Assembly (NCBI GenBank): GCA_002269645.1
Contig: NIVC01000910.1
Span: forward strand, 74,394 to 133,544
Reading direction: 5' to 3'
DNA length: 59,151 bases
Source of the DNA: Macrostomum lignano
Lineage: Eukaryota
In this document: piece after piece, positions 13,101-25,408 of the stretch
Numbering within the stretch: the first letter of the stretch is position 1
Layout of the letters: each line of letters begins with the position of its first letter
The notes under the pieces: generated by a model
The model's database searches: none
Seen by the model: the letters and a program-made list of their open reading frames with translations, nothing else
Told to the model about the DNA's origin: nothing
Translations under genes and position numbers: made by a program

Positions 13101-15694
13101 GAGCTTGTTAATAAAGCTTCGCCTGCATTCTAAGAAAATCAATTTGAACATTACAAAAACACGCATTGATTTTTTCAGAAAATCGCAAACAACGCAATCG
13201 AATGGGCACATAGAAGACATTAAACCAAAAAGCCTCTATCCTGACCTCAGGTTTTTTGAAACTTCACAATAGCAATCCGGCCCGCTCAATGTCTCAGCTT
13301 TCTTTTTTCTCTCTAATCTCCTCTCCTCTCTTTCATCTTTCATCATTTGATCTTAAGATCTCGTCTCTCATCCCATCTCTGATCTCATTTCATCTCTCAT
13401 CCCATCCCATCTCTAATCTTATCTTTTACCCCATCTCTAATCTCATCTCGTCTCGTCTCTTATCCCATCACTAATAATTTAATCTCTCATCCCATCTTTG
13501 ATCTCAGCACGTCTCTAATTTCATCTCGTCTCTCACCCTATCCCCATCTCTTCTCTCATCTCAACTCTCATCCCATCTTTAATCTCATCTCCTCTCATCC
13601 CATCTCTAATCTTCTTTCATCTCGCATCCCATCTCTAATCTCATCTCGTCTCTTATCCGATCTTCCCTCTCGCCTATCCCTTGTCTGGCCCGCAGCCATG
13701 GGTTAGATTATTTTTATCCGGCCTTATGAGTAAAAAATTGTGCAGGCCCATGATTTAGAATCAGAATCAGCAGCAGGAGCCCGGTAGCTAGCTAGTAAAT
13801 GCATTTATCAAACTGATGGGCCCTGACAGACCCCCCCTTCTTACCAGTCTCAGAGGACTGGCAACATTTATTTTGGCTTTATTTTAGAGCTGGACAAAAT
13901 CGTCGTCCTATCCTGCCTTGTCGCGTAGTGCACGGATGGAGCAGGGAGGCAGGGAGACAGATAGGAATTAGCTAGGCGTACATTTGACTGCACCAGCGAT
14001 GTGCGTGCGCTAGGGAAGGAAGAGAGGGGCGAGACGCGCACAAGGGCTTGGCATGGGAAAATCGATGCAGCAGTTGCGCTGCCGGGAGAAGCTGAGTTAG
14101 ATTGCAAATCTCTATTCCTCCAGACTCGCTCACTCACTCTCTCTCTCTGCCGGGCTCTTCTCCCTTCTCATTATCCGCAGCAAGCCGCCTCCCGCCTCCA
14201 CTCACTACTCAATTCTGTGAGTGTCACAGCGGCACCTCCATCCCCGGTGCCAACTTATTTACCTTGCTTCGGTGCTTATCAGCTACTCGAAACTCTTTGC
14301 TCACAGTTATTTGGCTTAAGCTGGCTGTATTCGAAACACGAAGCATTGCTTTTTTATTTTCTGCTTGCTTCCAGGAGAAGGCAAAAAATTAACTGAAAAG
14401 TTGGTGATTTCGAGGAAACCTATTGGACAAGAAAGAGTTGCTTATGGTTATGTTTCAATAGCGGCACCCTCTCTGCTGTCTGTTGGCTAGCTGTCTGTCT
14501 GTTTCACTGACTGCCGTCTGTCTGTCTGCCTGCCAGCTGTCTGTCTGTTTCACTGACTGCTGTCTGTCTGTCTGTTTCACTGACTGCTGTCTGTCTGTCT
14601 GTTTCACTGACTGCTGTCTGTCTGTCTGTTTCACTGACTGCTGTCTGTCTGCCAGCAGTCTGTCTGTTTCACTGACTGCTGTCTGTCTGTTTCACTGACT
14701 GCTGTCTGTCTGTTTCACTGACTGCTGTCTCTGTTTCACTGACTGCTGTCTGTCTGTTTCACTGACTGCTGTCTGTCTGTTTCACTGACTGCTGTCTCTG
14801 TTTCACTGACTGCTGTCTGTCTGTTTCACTGACTGCTGTCTCTGTTTCACTGACTGCTGTCTGTCTGTCTGTCTGTCTGCCAGCTGTTTGTCTGTTTCAC
14901 TGACTGCTGTCTGTCTGTCTGTCGCACTGACTGCTGTCTGTCTGTCTGCCAGCTGTCTGTCTGTCTCACTGACTTCTGTCTGTCTGTCTGCCAGCTGTCT
15001 GCCTGTATCACTGACTGCTGTCTGTCTGTTTCACTGAATGCTGCCTGTCTGTCTGCCAGCCGCCAGCCTGCTTCAGTGGTTTTGATTGTCAGCTGTTTCT
15101 AATATTACATTGACGTTAGCGCATAAAGGACACACGGACGCCATGGACACTAATAAGTAAAATAGATTTGCGGACAGGCCAAAAGGGAAAACAATCATAA
15201 AACAATATTTGACAATGCAATCAATATCCCCATTATTCCCACTCAACGTTGCTTAAAAGATTAGTCTACGTAATCACAAAACAAGGCATAAAATTGAATC
15301 AGAGTTACGCAATAAGTTCATTAAATGTAAAACCGTGTTCGAAAAAACACAATGACATTAAATGCATGTGAAGTTAAAATATTGATTAGCTAAAAAAACA
15401 GGTTGAGATTAGAACGCTTTATAAAAAAGCCTAATTCGAGGTTAGAATGACGCGGTTAGGAATTTGACAAATACACGAGTACATATCATGTGATGTAGCT
15501 AGTTTTCAAGCTTAAAGCTTATAGTGAGGGCCAAGATCCCGCTGGCAAATTAAACACAAGCTAATTTGCAATACAGATTCAGTTTAAATTCCGTTAGCTA
15601 ATCAATGCCTGCAGCCGATTCTTCTAATGGCTCCTATTTACCCACAATAACTTTATTTGATATTGATTCCACAAAGCAAATCAGACATACAGAC

Positions 15695-15731
<37 letters not shown>

Positions 15732-18700
15732 ATTGCAGACAAGACGGACAGACAGATCGACAGACATACTTGCAGACAAGACGGATAGACACACAGACAG
15801 ATCGACAGACAGACAGACATACTTGCAGACAAGACGGACAGACACACAGACAGATCGACAGACAGACAGACATACTTGCAGACAAGACGGACAGACACAC
15901 AGACAGACAGAGACTGACATACAGACCGACAGACAGACAAACAGACAGACATACTTGCAGACAAGACGGACAGACACACAGACACACAGACAGACAGACA
16001 GACATACTTGCAGACAAGACGGACAGACACACAGACAGACAGACAGACAGACATACTTGCAGACAAGACGGATAGACACACAGACAGATGGACAGACAGA
16101 CAGACATACTTGCAGACAAGACGGACAGACACAGACCGACAGACAGACAGACATACTTACAGATAAGACGGACAGACACACAGACAGATCGACAGACAAT
16201 AAGACAGACCCACTAACACTCTTTGATTACGAACCAAGCTCCAACTAAAATAAAAAACAGCCTAAGAATAAAAAAATAGCATTTGACAGACACATACACA
16301 CACTTACTAGATAACTCAGCACTCAAAGCACTGCTACTGCTGTTATTGTAGCTGGCTGCAGTAGTGCTGCGGCTGATTGCTGTAAAATCAATCATTTATA
16401 GACGGATAAATAAACAGTATAGACAGAAGCATGACGTTAATAAAATTATCAAGGAGAATTGTGCTCGCAAGGAATTCAGTTTTGAAGCGACTAGCCTATT
16501 TAGTGACTAATGAGGAAGAATGGAGGGACAGATAGCTTCAAAGTCATGAATGAAAGTCTATCAAGGATTTCTAAAAGTAGCAATTGAACTGGAAATGTTT
16601 TGAAGGCCTATTTGTTGAGCCTTTGTTGAGCCATTGAGCCTTCGAAATGACATCCACTATTGGGAACTACTGTGGATATTTCTAGCCATTCAAAATCAAG
16701 CATCATTTTAATCAGCAATTCCATTATTTAGCAATACACAGATTACATATTCTCCAGTAGTAGAATAGATAGGTAGATAGATTGGTAGGTAGGTGGATGC
16801 TTAGCCGCCGCAGATCTCATCACAATTTCGGTTCCTCATCCGGCTGTCTCGGATAAACAATAAAGAAACTTTGAACACAAAAAAATGACAATAAGGACAA
16901 GCCGGTTATAACAAGCATGTGAAACACTGACTGACGGTCGGCCAAGCACACACGGGCGGGTCCCAGGCATTTGCTGCGTTAACGCGGTAATACTGGATTA
17001 TAGAATCCAGCGTATGGGTCACCAATTATCACCACTGTACCTTGCGTGGAGGCTTCTACACCTAAAATAGAATAGGGAAAGGAGGGGGGCGGGAGGAAAG
17101 CGAATAGAGAGGCTGCATGCGGGAGTTAAATAATGAAGAGAAAAAAGATCAATGAATTAGGAAACTGCTTATTTAATTAGTGCAAAAGGTGTGGCGCAAC
17201 ACTTTGTTAAGCTTATTTAATAATTAACACTACGCGCTGCCTTGTATATAAGACAATACCTTTTCACGTTCACACTTGATCAAAGCGGAAATTCAATTTA
17301 GCCTGGGGCAACGTCTATGTCTATGGCTAAACCCAATGGGAAAGACTGAGAAGAACATGATATCTGTTTCGTTTGATATTCTGCACGCTGCCACCGAAGC
17401 AAGGTTTAGCCATAGAGATAAAGTCTATGTTTGAATTGAAACTGCTGTCCTCTTTAGTGTTTTTTTAGAACTTGATTTTGATCAAAATTGAACGTGAAAA
17501 GGTGTACTATTTAGTCTATAAGTGGACACAACGCAGACCTATATCTAGTTCACTATGATCACACATCAAGCTAACTAATTACTACATATCTATCAGCTTT
17601 AGTCAGTCTTATTAATGAGAGCATATATAATCACTACAGCAAGCGGATTCTGTGGCTTGGGCCTGTCCAATTGCTTATTATAATAATTGATACTGCTCTT
17701 CTTGGTTATGTATAACCGGGGCTGGAATCTTAGCTAAACCCAACTCTCACTTTGCCCAAGTGCAGCTTTAATCCACCAATATAGCGTTACGATAATGCAC
17801 AAAAGCTTACTGAATATGAAAGCGATATAAATTATTAGTATTCGCTGGCGGTTTCACTTCAGACTATTAGGAGAATCGCATTTGAACTAATTAATTGAAG
17901 CAGGTTTATTAATAACTCCCTAATACTTATTGTTGAATTCAAAGGCATCGAGCATATTTAACAAGCGGATCTATTAATATTAAACATTAGTTAATAATGG
18001 CCAAGGCTCACGCTAAATATGAAAAGCACATTTGGTTTCACACGCAATTGCTGAAGAATTTTGGTTCGACACAGCAAATTGAGAATTTTCACTGTTATTT
18101 TTGTCACCTTATGAACTTTCGATAGACATATAAACTTGGTATGAGCAGTAGAGACAGTTTAGATACAAGTTTGACTATATTGACTTATTAAAGGTCAAAT
18201 AGCTTCAAGTAATATTCGAATTCGAAAGTTCAGAAGTATGCTTCGTTAATTTATTTTACGAATAAAGTGTCACGTTCTCTTATTACGTCATCAGTTTAAA
18301 AGGGCGCCCTCTCCGATTTTCTAATAATATAAACACTATATGAAAACAGCATCTAACAAATATAACACCTGTCACTCACCGACAATAGAGATCTTCTGTC
18401 TAACGGGAGATTCGGCACCACCCTCCAGGCCGCAGGTGATTGACAGCTCCTTGGCGGCCGCGGCCTCCTTGAGTTTAATATAGGCCCGAGACACGCCGTC
18501 CTTGGCCTCGTAGCGGGGATAGCCGGGCTCCAGCAGGCTGTCCGAGTCCTCAACGGTGACGCTCAGCTGCTTAGCCGGATTGTTAGCGAGAGAGCAGACA
18601 TCGATCTCATCGTTGGTCTGGGTAATGCTGCTGGGCATCACTATGGCAGAGTGGCTGGCGCCGTCTGCGGGCAATGCGGGGCGGTTGGGCGGCAGCAGAT

Positions 18701-21700
18701 TAACAAACAAGATCTCACAGTGTCTGGGATCTCACCCTTCACAGGGACTGTCTGGGATCTCACCCTTCACAGAGAATGTCAGGGACCTCACCCTTTAAAG
18801 AGAATATCTGGGATCTCAACCTTCGCATAGAGACTGTCTGGGATCTCATCTTTCAGACTGGAATCTCACCCTTCACAGAGACTGTCTGGGATCTCACCCT
18901 TCACAGAGAATGTCAGGGATCTCACCCTTCACACAGAGAATGTCAGGGATCTCAACCTTCACATAGAGAATGTCAGGAATCTCAACCTTCACACAGAGAA
19001 TGTCAGGGATCTCAATCTTCACACAGAGAATGCCAGGGATTTCACCCTTCACACAGAGAATGTCAGGGATCTCAATCTTCACACAGAGAATGCCAGGGAT
19101 TTCACCCTTCACACAGAGAATGTTTGTAATCTCGCCCTTTAAAAAGAGAATGTCTGGGATCTCACCATTTGCGCAGAATGTCAGGAATCTCACCCCTTAA
19201 ATATGTCATTAATAAATAATTATGAGTATAGCGAATTACTCACACACTGGAACAATAGTCATCTCCTTGGACTTCTCAGTACCGAATCCATTGTGCAGAG
19301 AGCATATAATTTTTAGGCTAATCTGTTTCGGCACAATGTAATTAACGCTAACGCGACCATTGTCCTCAGCGGCCGGTGTCTTAGTAAGTCTAAGCTGTCC
19401 GCCAGCGGTGATAGTGTACTCTGGCGCAGGTTGAACCGGACTAGCGGTGCAGACGATGCTCACATTGACGCCGGCGTCAACTTCGCCATTATCGGCGATA
19501 GGACTGCCTTTGCCAGCCCGCTTCACTTCGAGCAGGCCCACCTCCGGCGTCTCGTCGCCAACAGTGAGCGAAGTGTACTGCGAGTTAATGCTAGTCTTAC
19601 TGAAATCGCTCGCGACCAGGTGAAATGAGCAGCGATATTCTGCGGCAGTTTGCTCAGAAGCGGTAATACCTGTCACTTGCAGCGATTGACAGCTGCTCGG
19701 ATTAACCGAAGCAATTTGGAATTCTTTCTCAAGCTTCTTCTGCCTAGTTTTCAGCGGCTGACAGCCCTGGTCGAATTTTACCACGTCGTCAACCATGCCA
19801 TTTTTAGTGCGAGTGAGAAAGAAGAAGGAAACCACCGCTTCTGTTGGCGCGTTGCTTGCAGAGCATTCGAATCTGACGGGCTGGCCGCGGACCGCCTTCG
19901 ACGGCGTGATGGTCAATGTAGCTTCGCCCTGCTGCAGCGACTGCCGAGGCGTCACTGTACAGAATTGGGACATGATATGAATCAAACCTCTTGAGCATCC
20001 ATCTGACTATAAAAAGATAGAATTTAAATTCTAGAAATTATTTAACACTTTAAACCATTGCTTTTAGTACCAGGGGTATAAGGCAGGATATATTCTTGCT
20101 AGATACTTCTGACAATGGGAAAAGGCTATAATATTTGACTTTGTCTGTTTTGTCAGACAATGTCTGTTTATACCAACTGCTTGTCTAATTTAATCAATTA
20201 TAGTTTGTATTACAAGGCAAAATTTGCAAATAAAAAAGATGTTTATAAACAATTAGAACAAGACTATACATAGAGCAATAGGCTTAAAAACTAGAGACTA
20301 ATTCTATTAGAAAACTTATTTTAAACTCACAGATGCATGCCAAGAGCTTTAAAAAAACTATAAACATATGCCAAATAAGCAAATAACTCCAAAAAAAATT
20401 GCTATGCCACATTTAAATTATTTATATTGGTTTCTTATGATTTTTCTATGCCAATGTATTGCAAATATGTAAATAGAGACACATGCTAATTGTCCTCAGA
20501 CTACCTATAGTGCTACCTAATTTATATCAATTATTATGTTTTAGATTAACTGCTAAAACTATAAATTAGAAGTTTAGCTTAGGAGAGAAAACTTGCATAA
20601 TTTTGTTGTTAGATATGCAAGAACTCTATCTTGGAATTTAGCAAATAACAGATTTAGCATACTGTGAAAGATTCATCCACCTATACTAAATGTCTAATTA
20701 TATACTAAAAATGAGTTGTCTATATCTATCTAGCTATGCGATAGATTTCAGAAAAAAATGGCTCAACTGATTTTCTTCAAACTTGCACCATTTGATCAGA
20801 AATTTTCCTGGGATGGTACATGCATCTTGGCTAAGAAATTGCTCAATGTTAAAGGGATTAAATATTCTAAAAACATGCTTTTTGGAAAGGTCAAGCAGCT
20901 CTTTTGACCTGAATTGCATTGTAAAAATGCTAGAGAAAAACCTGACTGACTGAATTCTGATTGTGATAAATATTGCATCACAGCAAGTTGAAAACAATGC
21001 CAAAGAAAAGCACACAAGACTTGATTGAAATTGCATAACCATATTGCTAACTTAAATTGAGACTGATACTGGCTGACTGAGAAATTGATTATGTCATAAC
21101 TTTTTATTCTAACTAACTTGCTGTAAGTATTAAATTATAAGGGCCACAGTTCATGTTCTCGAATTGAAAAGAGATAGCCTAGATGCGAACAGATTGGACT
21201 GCTAATGTAGTGACCTGGGTTTGAATCTTAGTAGTGCAAAATAATTTTTTTATAAAAACCTTTAAAACACAAAATGCTAAACATAAAAGTGCTATGTCAA
21301 ACATAGAAGAGCCAATATGTCAAAGTGTCAAACATTAAAGAGCCACCATGCCAAACATAAAAGAGCCACCATGCCAAACATTAAAGAGCTACGATGTCAA
21401 ACATATATTTGACTCCCATGTCAAACAAAAAAGCCACCATGCCAAACATAAAAGAGCCACCATGTCAAACATAAAAGAGCCACCATGTCAAACATAAAAG
21501 AGCCACCATGTCAAACATAAAAGAGCCACCATGTCAAACATAAAAGAGCAACCATGTCAAACATTAAAGAGCCACCATGCTGAACATTAAAGAGCCACCA
21601 TGTTGAAAATTAAAGAGCCACTATGTCAAACATAAAAGAACCACCATGTCAAACATAAAAGAGACGCCATTTCAAATGTAAAAAGAAGCTTCATGCCAAA

Positions 21701-23206
21701 TATGAAGGAGCCACTATAAAGCTAAGGAAATTGTTGCACTAGCTAATTGTTGTCTTGGTGGATGCTTGCTATTTAAGTATAGATTATTGCTATTAGGGCG
21801 ATGCTTGCTATCTAGGGTAACTTGATATTGGAGGATGCTTGCTCTCAGGGTAGAGGGTACTTGCTATCTGAGAGGGGGTCACTATAGCTATCTATAAATA
21901 TTCTTTGTATACAAGGATGTTTGCAGTCTAGGGATGCTTGCGGTCTGGGTGATGCTTACTATTTGGGGGATGCTTGCATGCTTTTTGGGGATGCTTGCCA
22001 TCTTGGGATTTTTCTTTTTAGAGGGAATGTCTATTGTTTTTTCATTGTCTATTTGTTACTTGTAAAGAACAAAGATTCTATCCAGAAGTCCCCCATCAAG
22101 GGGCAAAGATTGCGAGTTATATTCTAATATTATTATATAATCTAGATTATAAATATTATAACTTTAAGTCTTAAAGCTTTTAGTAGATTTTATTTTATCT
22201 TTTATAAGCAAATTTTACTATTTCTAAGTTTTGCTTTATTGTACTTAATTATACATTGCTCCTTACTAACCAATAGTCAAAAAGAAAAAATATATACTAG
22301 AAATTTCTGGGATATACTTAAGAAATTTGGTGCATATGTTGGCATATGTAAGGTGATTAATTAATTCAAAGTTTTTAATTAATCAATGATCTTTAAACTA
22401 GAAGAAACCAAAAATTTGATTTATTGCAGCGTCTTAATGCTTCAATCATTGACTCTGAAACTTTTATCACTTCTTGATGCATGTCTCAGTTTTTCAATGA
22501 CATTTTAGACATATGATTGTCTTTTATATCTCTTAAGATATTTGCTTCTAAAAATGTGTTTGTAAAGGGTGCCATTGAATTTGTCTTTTGACACTTTGCA
22601 TTCATATCATTATCTTTTTCTTTAGGATAGAAAATTTCTGCTTATTAAATGTTAAAGCTAAATGTGGCACCAGAGTAAAGATCATCCTGAAACATCAATT
22701 CATTTTTGTTTGAATTATCTATTTGAAGGGAAAAATATTTGTTGGGAAAATATCAAATACAATCCACTTCAGTACCAGCCAATTTGGTAATAGCCACTTC
22801 AGTAACAAAGTAGATTTATGACTGTCAATCAACATTTTATTTTTATAGTGATTAAGTTTAGCAATAATTAGTTTAATAATTAATATCACAAATATCTTAT
22901 TGCTACACATGGTTAAATTTTCTAGTTAAACTAAATTATAATTATATTATAATGCTTTTTCTGCTTTTTTGACAATACTAATATACAGCTTTGACTAAGC
23001 CTATTCCAATACATCATTAGGGTAGGGAGGGTCAGAGGTATTAAAATTATAGGTCTAACATATATGGCTATATAGGGCCTAGTCTATGCTATAAAAAATC
23101 TATGCACAAATAAAATCATAATTTGAACTCTACTCATTTAAAATAGATCACAACATTGCATACCTGCTAAGAGAAGAATAACTACACTGAAATAAATCGA
23201 CGTCAT
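4187..23206 (-). CDS. Immunoglobulin-superfamily single-pass membrane protein, about 475 aa (signal peptide, 3 Ig-like domains, Ser/Thr stalk, TM helix, tail ending in PDZ-type motif STAV)
   Basis: Phase-consistent exon chain on the minus strand: 23206-23164 (MTSIYFSVVILLLA, donor GTATGC, phase 1), 19954-19244 (two Ig folds: RFECSAS..AEYRCSF and SIVCTAS..IICSLH), 18664-18380 (third Ig: DVCSLAN..ITCGLE), 16379-16308 (S/T-rich), 6567-6450 (TM ITIGIVIAVVVVFIVIVSGVAIAL then KRR), 5042-4955, 4297-4187 (KEAP..PPPPKW..DMPSTAV*). All junctions are GT-AG and total 1428 nt = 476 codons. The acceptor at 5042 is weak, and extra exons in the long introns cannot be excluded. Confidence 0.75.
5262..5850. 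repeat. 20-bp minisatellite, about 29 copies (intronic)
   Basis: Unit ATGATGGTTGTGGGTTCTGT with variants in the last bases. Confidence 0.95.
10800..11480. repeat. 34-bp minisatellite, about 20 copies
   Basis: Unit TTGTGGCTTGGTTTCGGAAGGAAAGGGGCGGATG. It generates the overlapping repetitive ORFs at 10.7-11.5 kb. Confidence 0.95.
13300..13670. repeat. Degenerate pyrimidine-rich repeat
   Basis: Recurrent TCTCATCCCATCTCTAA-like units. Confidence 0.7.
14478..15060. repeat. Compound (CTGT)n / TTTCACTGACTG satellite
   Basis: Units of about 21-27 bp, CTGTCTGTCTGTTTCACTGACTG. Confidence 0.9.
15680..16210. repeat. Compound (GACA)n satellite with an ACATACTTGCAGACAAGACGG spacer
   Basis: GACA runs separated by a recurring 21-mer. 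The ORFs here are artefacts. Confidence 0.9.
17257..17504. mobile_element. MITE-like inverted-repeat element in an intron of the Ig gene
   Basis: ACCTTTTCACGTTCA..TTGATCAAA (from 17258) pairs with TTTGATCAA..TGAACGTGAAAAGGT (to 17503). Inner pair TCTATGGCTAAACC / GGTTTAGCCATAGA. No clear TSD. Confidence 0.6.
18715..19197. repeat. About 30-bp intronic minisatellite, about 15 copies
   Basis: Unit GGGATCTCACCCTTCACACAGAGAATGTCA, between Ig exons 2 and 3. Confidence 0.9.
21172..21236 (+). mobile_element. Possible decayed tRNA-like SINE head
   Basis: TAGCCTAGATG and GGTTTGAATCT resemble A and B boxes; stems are poorly paired. Confidence 0.25.
21325..21665. repeat. 23-bp minisatellite, about 14 copies
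   Basis: Unit AAAGAGCCACCATGTCAAACATA. Confidence 0.9.
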
Positions 23207-25408
23207 TCTTGCAGTTGTATTTGCGTACGCGTATTATTGATGCAATTGCAATTCAAGAATGAAACTAAATTCTATATTGACTCCTTATTGAGTTTAAAAA
23301 GAAACCGATTATCGGCTCCTTACTCTCTAAAGATAATAAATCTCAGTAACAATTTTACAATACTGGTGACGTATGACGAAAGCTAGGGTCAAGCCAATCA
23401 ATCATCGACCATCTACATGAAAATGTAATAATCGTGTTATAAAATACCGAATAAGTTACAATTAAAAAACGATTTTTTAGAAAAAATGGCTATAACAAAA
23501 TGTTACTATTTTTTCGTATGCATTGTGCTCACTAGAAAATAAAAGCTATTGTATATTTTACTAACACTAAACTTGACATAAAATTATGTCCTATTTCATT
23601 ACGTAAAGAGGTGAAATATATCAAGTGTCGTCCATAATGCCCCGAGACGTAGGGCAAGTCAGTTTGACAACTTAATATTTCGAAAAAAGCAGATAATACA
23701 GATGAAGTCGTAAAGAAAGGCCTATGGTTTATAAGGGGGCACCGAAAATATATATAAAGGTTCAATATAAGTGTGGTCGACAACAAACAGAAATTTTACA
23801 GTGGCATTTTATTTTTAGAAGCGCCGCTTCTACATCTCTCTGCTTGCTGTTCATCAATGTCAACAAGTTAAACGCACAGTTATCGCTGCCAAGTACTCGG
23901 ATCTGCTTATTGCGCCCAACACCAAGGACTATACTAGCTAAAGTATATATACTACGTTTCTTTAATTAGTTGTCCTTGTTTAACACCTTTTTCGAGTCAA
24001 TGGAAGAATTGTTGGTTAAAAGCCAAAATTCATATGCATCGTCTATAGTAGTGGGACGCGGGCATCGGCTGTGTATGGATGCTGCTGTCGAACACGGTGA
24101 TGGTTAACGCCACACTGCTGCTTGTGCTGCGGCTATCTGGCCGCTCTGCATGCATGGCTACGCGCCAGTCGCCTATGCGTATCAGGCGTTTAAGGCGTCG
24201 ATCGTAGCGTGTACTTCCATCCTTCATTACTGTCCGTCCGTCTTTGATTGATCCTCACAATCGATGACGCAGCCGTGCTGAATAACTAAGTACAAGCCGT
24301 GCAACAGCAGACGCTTAAACAGACGCATACGCAGCTTGGTCCGATGCCAGCCAGCTAGCAATCGTTTTAGCTGGCGCATATACTCTGCTGCACAGCTATA
24401 TGATTCGCTTGCAATGCCTATAGTTCGCAGGATCCGTAATCGGGCCGCAGCGGCCTTATAAGCGGCCTTAATATATTTTGACAGGGTCAATTCACAAAGC
24501 CTTCAAGGGCTTCGGCACGCGGCCGTCACCGGCTATCGACGACAAAGTATATATTAGCCATGCAGTCAAATTGCCTACGCCGCTGTGCAGCGAAAGTAAA
24601 ACTCTCACCACACCCCGAATACTCTGCAGTGCGCTGAGACTGCAAACACAACAAATACCGGTGAGGCCTCATTAACTATAGTCATGACGTTGTACGTGCG
24701 CTACCACCCACTTGATAATAAGGTCAGCACGGACAAGTTCTAAGAATTTAGTAGGGGGAGCTAGAGAGCTATGAGGGAGTGATCATCAAGCATGGGAGTC
24801 GGAGCTATAATTCAAACACATAGTAGGGCTACACGTATGCAAGCAATAAAACTGAAAATTACCCAACAATAACAAGCTTCAGTGCAAACCAGAAGTGCAG
24901 TAAAATGTGGACCCAAAATGGGGCATTTTAAAACCGAGCTATTCCACTACTGACAAAAATTCTGAATTATGCATTATTTTTGCTCGAAATCCTAATTTGA
25001 TTCAGGGACTCACATTTTGTCATTTTATGCCATGCAGTATGACTGTTCCAGAAGAGATATCAGCAAGGTCTCTTACCTCAAACTAATGTAAATCAGACGA
25101 GTTTCCAAATCGCCTGCTACATTATTAGCAGCTCCTGTCAGCTGGTTGTCAAGAAAGCCGACAATTTGAAGCTCTGAGTATCTGACAAGTTCGGAACAGT
25201 GGCATCTGGTCTTCTCCCTATGGAGACGGCCTCACTCGGGAAGTGGACAGATAAGCAAGTAAATCAAACTGCTCTAAGAGCTTTGAGAGCAAGAGACGAA
25301 AACAGAGGCGCAAAGCAGTGCTTGTAGCCAGATAAAATACGGCTGCTGTTCGGAGCCAGCCTTCATAGCAATTGAAGACTTCAAAGTCAAAAATCCTTGA
25401 CTTACGCG

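Noticed and set aside
15605-16248. Repetitive QTDR / VCLS ORFs, with a PLE-tail-like flank (SSNGSYLPTITLF)
   Set aside because: Products of the (GACA)n array; the flank similarity to a GIY-YIG tail is too short to support.
21172-21236. tRNA gene
   Set aside because: Only degraded A/B boxes with no cloverleaf; the same applies to 47041-47103 and the SINE head at 54022.
24030-24490. Two minus-strand ORFs coupled by TAATG, or a candidate first exon of the Ig gene
   Set aside because: No donor in the required phase with an ATG; a better signal-peptide exon exists at 23206-23164, and the ORFs are short and featureless.
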